From IMG/VR virus record IMGVR_UViG_3300037400_006004, positions 42,619 through 106,618 of that record: DNA of 64,000 nucleotides, one strand, 5' to 3'. This DNA comes from a virus (Duplodnaviria > Caudoviricetes). Position numbers and translations under genes: made by a program. Shown piece after piece: positions 60,998 to 64,000 of the stretch. The stretch's first letter is position 1; each line of letters starts with the position of its first letter. The notes beneath the pieces were generated by a model. It ran no database searches. It was given only the letters and a program-made list of their open reading frames with translations, and was not told the origin of the DNA.

Positions 60998-61201
60998 AAG
61001 ACTCCTTCCCCAACACAATAAGCGTTGTACCATATTTACAGCCTGGGTGGGCATAATATATTTATCACAATTATAATATATATTTGGATATGTATTTAGA
61101 TTCGGTTCATACAAATTCAAATTAAAATAAAAATACTAGGTTCAACAAAGAAATATCATAGATTAATTATAATCTAAATTTTAACTATGGAGGAAATTTT
61201 T

Positions 61202-62491
61202 ATGTTATTTGATCTTATTAATGAAACCATTCAGAAGGAAAAGCTTGGCGAAGAGATTTCATTTACTCCTACATATTCTAGTGGTATTGATGTAATGGAC
61301 TATCGTAATGGTAGAATTGAAAAAGGAGAGGTTAATGTAGGATTTGACGGTGGTAGAATTATCACTGTTATTGGTAAATCTGGTTCAGGTAAGACTTCTT
61401 TAGCTATTAAGATGGCTTGCTCTATTGTTGAGCCATATGAAAATGGTAATATCTTCCATTATGATTTTGAAAGAGCAACTAATATTTCTAGAGTAAAGAC
61501 TATTTCTGGTTGGTCTGATGAAACACTTGAGAAGAAGTATAAGAATCTTCAGAGAAATATTTATTCTGAAAGTATTTATAAAATTGTAAAGGCTATTGAT
61601 AAGCTTAAGAATAAGCCTGAAAACTATGATGAAATTAAAATTGATTCTGGAAAGAAGGATGAAGAGGGTAATCCTATTTATGTATTACCTCCTACAGTAA
61701 TTTTATTAGATAGTTGGGCGCTTTGTATCCCTGAAGATATTTCTGAAGAGGAAAAGTTAAGTGGACAGATGTCTGCTACTTCTATTGCAAGAATTAATAA
61801 TAGTATTATTAAGAGACTTGCTGGACCTCTTGAAAGAGGAAATATTATTCTTATTGCAATTAATCATATTACTCAGAAGATTGAGATTAATGCTTTTGCT
61901 AAGACACAGGCAGCTATTAATTATCTTAAGCAGGATGAGTCTATTCCTGGTGGTTCTTCAATTCTTTATCTTGCTAATAATATTATTAGAGTAACAACTT
62001 CTACAAAGCTTGATGAATCTGATAGTTATGGCGTTAAGGGATTTATGGTTAAGGGTGAATTCGTTAAGTCAAGAAGTAATGAAGCAGGAAGACAGTTTGA
62101 AATGGTATTTGAACAGTCAACAGGATTTGACAATATTCTTACTAATCTTGCTAATTTTAAAGAATTAAAACTTCTTAATGGTTCTCCTAGAGCATATTAC
62201 CTTGAAGGTTGTCCTGATATTAAGTTTACACTTAAGACTTTTAAAGAAAAGTATCTTGAAAGTAAAAAGTTAAGAGCTGAAGTTGATAGACTTGTTAAGG
62301 AAAATTATATAAAGTTTATTCCAAATTCTGAAGCTTATATTGACGAAGATGTAATTAGTAGTGAATCTGAAGATACTGAAGATATCGAACTCGTAGAATG
62401 TGTTGATGAAGAAAATGATGTTTGGGTTGGTTCTGATGGTAATTACTACACTAGTGATGGTGAAGAAGTAGAATACGAAGAAGAAGAATAA
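61202..62491 (+). CDS. recA: RecA/UvsX-family recombinase
   Basis: Walker A GKSGSGKT, YDFE, Walker B ILLDSW, INHI, PGG and KSR; acidic C-terminal tail. Confidence 0.9.
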   Translation: MLFDLINETIQKEKLGEEISFTPTYSSGIDVMDYRNGRIEKGEVNVGFDGGRIITVIGKSGSGKTSLAIKMACSIVEPYENGNIFHYDFERATNISRVKTISGWSDETLEKKYKNLQRNIYSESIYKIVKAIDKLKNKPENYDEIKIDSGKKDEEGNPIYVLPPTVILLDSWALCIPEDISEEEKLSGQMSATSIARINNSIIKRLAGPLERGNIILIAINHITQKIEINAFAKTQAAINYLKQDESIPGGSSILYLANNIIRVTTSTKLDESDSYGVKGFMVKGEFVKSRSNEAGRQFEMVFEQSTGFDNILTNLANFKELKLLNGSPRAYYLEGCPDIKFTLKTFKEKYLESKKLRAEVDRLVKENYIKFIPNSEAYIDEDVISSESEDTEDIELVECVDEENDVWVGSDGNYYTSDGEEVEYEEEE

Positions 62492-62497
62492 TTTTGT

Positions 62498-62529
62498 AAA
62501 AGGCATATGGATTTTTCCATATGCCTTTT
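62498..62529. terminator. hairpin terminator
   Basis: AAAAGGCATATGGA/TCCATATGCCTTTT followed by a T-run. Confidence 0.85.
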
Positions 62530-62604
62530 TTAAACTTTTTATTATAAATAATTAGCATTCAAACTATATTATTATAAATATATTAATAAAAGTAGGTGAT
62601 ATAA

Positions 62605-64000
62605 ATGAATTATTATGACGAAGACATTCTTCTAGAAAAGAAAGAAGAAGATGATGAGGACGATGGTTTACTAAGTCATGGTATAAAAAAAGAAAAGAAA
62701 AAATCTAAAAAAGATCAATTATATGATGATTGGAATAATAAAAGAATTATGAGCGGTAAAGCTAAAGGTTCTAGAGCTTTATATGATAAAGAAGAAGAAG
62801 TTAAAAATACTATTAAACGAGTAGCAAAAGGTGCAGCTTTAATAGGTGGAGCTGTAGCAGCTCATAATATTCATCAAAAATCTAAAGATCCAGTAGCATA
62901 TGAACAAAAGAAAGCACAACATCAACAAGAAAAGAATCAAGCTGCTTTAATTAGAGGACAATCTCGTGCAGATGCAGCAGAAGTTAGAGCTAGAAATACA
63001 ACTGCTGTTAGACTTTCTAAAAAAGAAGGTATTAGAGGAGCTAAATTTGATGCTAAAACAGATTCTATTTATAGAAAACAAAATAGACATAATGATAGGC
63101 AAGCTGCATATAATGATGCTGGAAGAAAACCAGGATTTTTTGCTAGACATGTTCAGGGATATAATGAAAATTATATCCAATACTTATTTGAGAATTTTAC
63201 AGAAGAAGAGATTTCTAGATATCTTATTTTATCTGAATCTAAAGAAGATAAAAATGCTTATAAAGAATATTGTAGTAGAATGAAACAAATTGATTCTAAA
63301 CCTTTATCTTATAAGGAATGGAAAGAAAAGAAATATGAAAAGAAAAAGAAGCTTAGAAGAATTATTGCAGCTGGAGCTCTTGCTGGAGTTGGAGCAAATG
63401 AATATAGACATTATAAAAAAGGAAATCCTAATTTAAAAAATAGAATAAGAAATTATAAGACAAATGATTTTGCTAGAAGAAGTACTTTTAAAAATGATCA
63501 AAATAGTAGGATATTTCAAAATAATTCAGATTATCGAAGAGCAAATCTTAGAGAAGAATTTGATAGTATTTCTAAAGATCAATTAGCTGCTTATTTAGAA
63601 ATGATTAATAATGAAGATTTTATGAAAAATTCTTATAATCGTTATTGTGTTATGGCAGAAGCTAAAGGATTAATTCCATTAGATGAAAATGCTTTTGAAG
63701 AAGCTAAAAAGAGAATTTCTGCTTATTCTAAGGCTGCTATAGATGGTATTAAAGCTGAGAAAAAAAAGAAAGAAGCTGAATTAAAGAAAAAAGAAGAAGA
63801 AAATAAAAAGAAAGAAGCTGAAAAAGCTAAAGCTGAAAAAGAAAAGATTTCTAAAATGTCTATAGAAGAAAAAAAAGAATACCTTAGAAAAAAGAAAAAG
63901 AAAGAAGAAGAGGAAGAAGAAAAGAAACAAGATGCTCGTGACCTCAAGCAAACCTTTAAGCAATCTTTTATAAGAGGTTCAGGTGAACAATTAGGTAAAT
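62605..64000 (+). CDS. modular Lys-rich polyprotein (partial; runs off window; absent from ORF track)
   Basis: SD TAGGTGA; open frame MNYYDEDILLE...GEQLGK (at least 465 aa) with YLFENFTE, two YxxY...PL modules and Gly/Ala helices. Confidence 0.85.
   Translation, partial: MNYYDEDILLEKKEEDDEDDGLLSHGIKKEKKKSKKDQLYDDWNNKRIMSGKAKGSRALYDKEEEVKNTIKRVAKGAALIGGAVAAHNIHQKSKDPVAYEQKKAQHQQEKNQAALIRGQSRADAAEVRARNTTAVRLSKKEGIRGAKFDAKTDSIYRKQNRHNDRQAAYNDAGRKPGFFARHVQGYNENYIQYLFENFTEEEISRYLILSESKEDKNAYKEYCSRMKQIDSKPLSYKEWKEKKYEKKKKLRRIIAAGALAGVGANEYRHYKKGNPNLKNRIRNYKTNDFARRSTFKNDQNSRIFQNNSDYRRANLREEFDSISKDQLAAYLEMINNEDFMKNSYNRYCVMAEAKGLIPLDENAFEEAKKRISAYSKAAIDGIKAEKKKKEAELKKKEEENKKKEAEKAKAEKEKISKMSIEEKKEYLRKKKKKEEEEEEKKQDARDLKQTFKQSFIRGSGEQLGK

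Larger units (their letters stand above)
3001..61085 (-). promoter_or_regulatory. early promoter motif family AAATATATATTAT (17 copies, all minus strand)
   Basis: 13-mers starting at + coordinates 3001, 6053, 12366, 17006, 18208, 23923, 27197, 29081, 44156, 45825, 48496, 49919, 53493, 56060, 59877, 60691 and 61073, each just upstream of a minus-strand gene. Confidence 0.8.
2073..61155. promoter_or_regulatory. late/middle promoter motif family AAC(A/T/C)-N6-TA(TA)
   Basis: Plus strand: 6085, 12394, 14224, 18237, 23939, 29124, 45949, 46493, 48511, 53768, 61144. Minus strand: 2073, 5650, 14186, 16553, 17713, 21325, 22535, 28710, 37328, 41971. All lie upstream of correctly oriented structural, lysis or replication genes. 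Confidence 0.8.

Noticed and set aside
60723-61142. 10-bp direct repeat ATACTAGGTT flanking the 60770 cassette as a target-site duplication
   Set aside because: Short, one copy lies inside a terminator stem, and no transposase or terminal repeats are present
62947-63963. Short ORFs listed at the window end
   Set aside because: All overlap the real plus-strand ORF starting at 62605, which the track missed because it has no stop inside the window
1-64000. Genome-wide stop-codon reassignment (TAG to Gln)
   Set aside because: Long genes are intact under code 11, coding density is high, and TAG ends the 58528 gene; only the endolysin shows an internal TAG
1-64000. tRNA genes, major capsid protein, chimallin or PhuZ
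   Set aside because: No cloverleaf/T-loop signatures or recognisable motifs seen by eye; they may lie outside the window or be too divergent

Overview
Very AT-rich 64 kb segment of a jumbo myophage of the AR9/PBS1/phiKZ-like type, probably infecting a Gram-positive (Clostridia-like) host. It uses the standard genetic code. Virion genes: terminase large subunit, portal (split by a group I intron carrying a homing endonuclease), neck protein, a very large tail sheath, tail tube, a tube-fold paralog and a baseplate wedge. Replication and transcription genes: two halves of an RNA polymerase beta subunit, the N-terminal half of a split family B DNA polymerase, NAD-dependent ligase, RecA/UvsX, RusA and HU. 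Also present are two peptidoglycan hydrolases, holin-like proteins and a GT2 glycosyltransferase. Two promoter classes are readable by eye: AAATATATATTAT-like early sites (17 copies, all on the minus strand) and AR9-type AAC(A/T/C)-N6-TA late sites (about 21 copies). Long near-perfect hairpin terminators separate the units. The most novel-looking signal is a dispersed family of orphan late proteins built from shared modules: acidic F(M/L)EGY or YLFENF segments ending in L-x-E, an ungapped 22-aa YxxY...PL...W/F module, and cationic Gly/Ala-rich helices. One member carries a zincin motif. They look like capsid-targeted, protease-matured cargo polyproteins. All calls come from reading motifs; no database searches were run.
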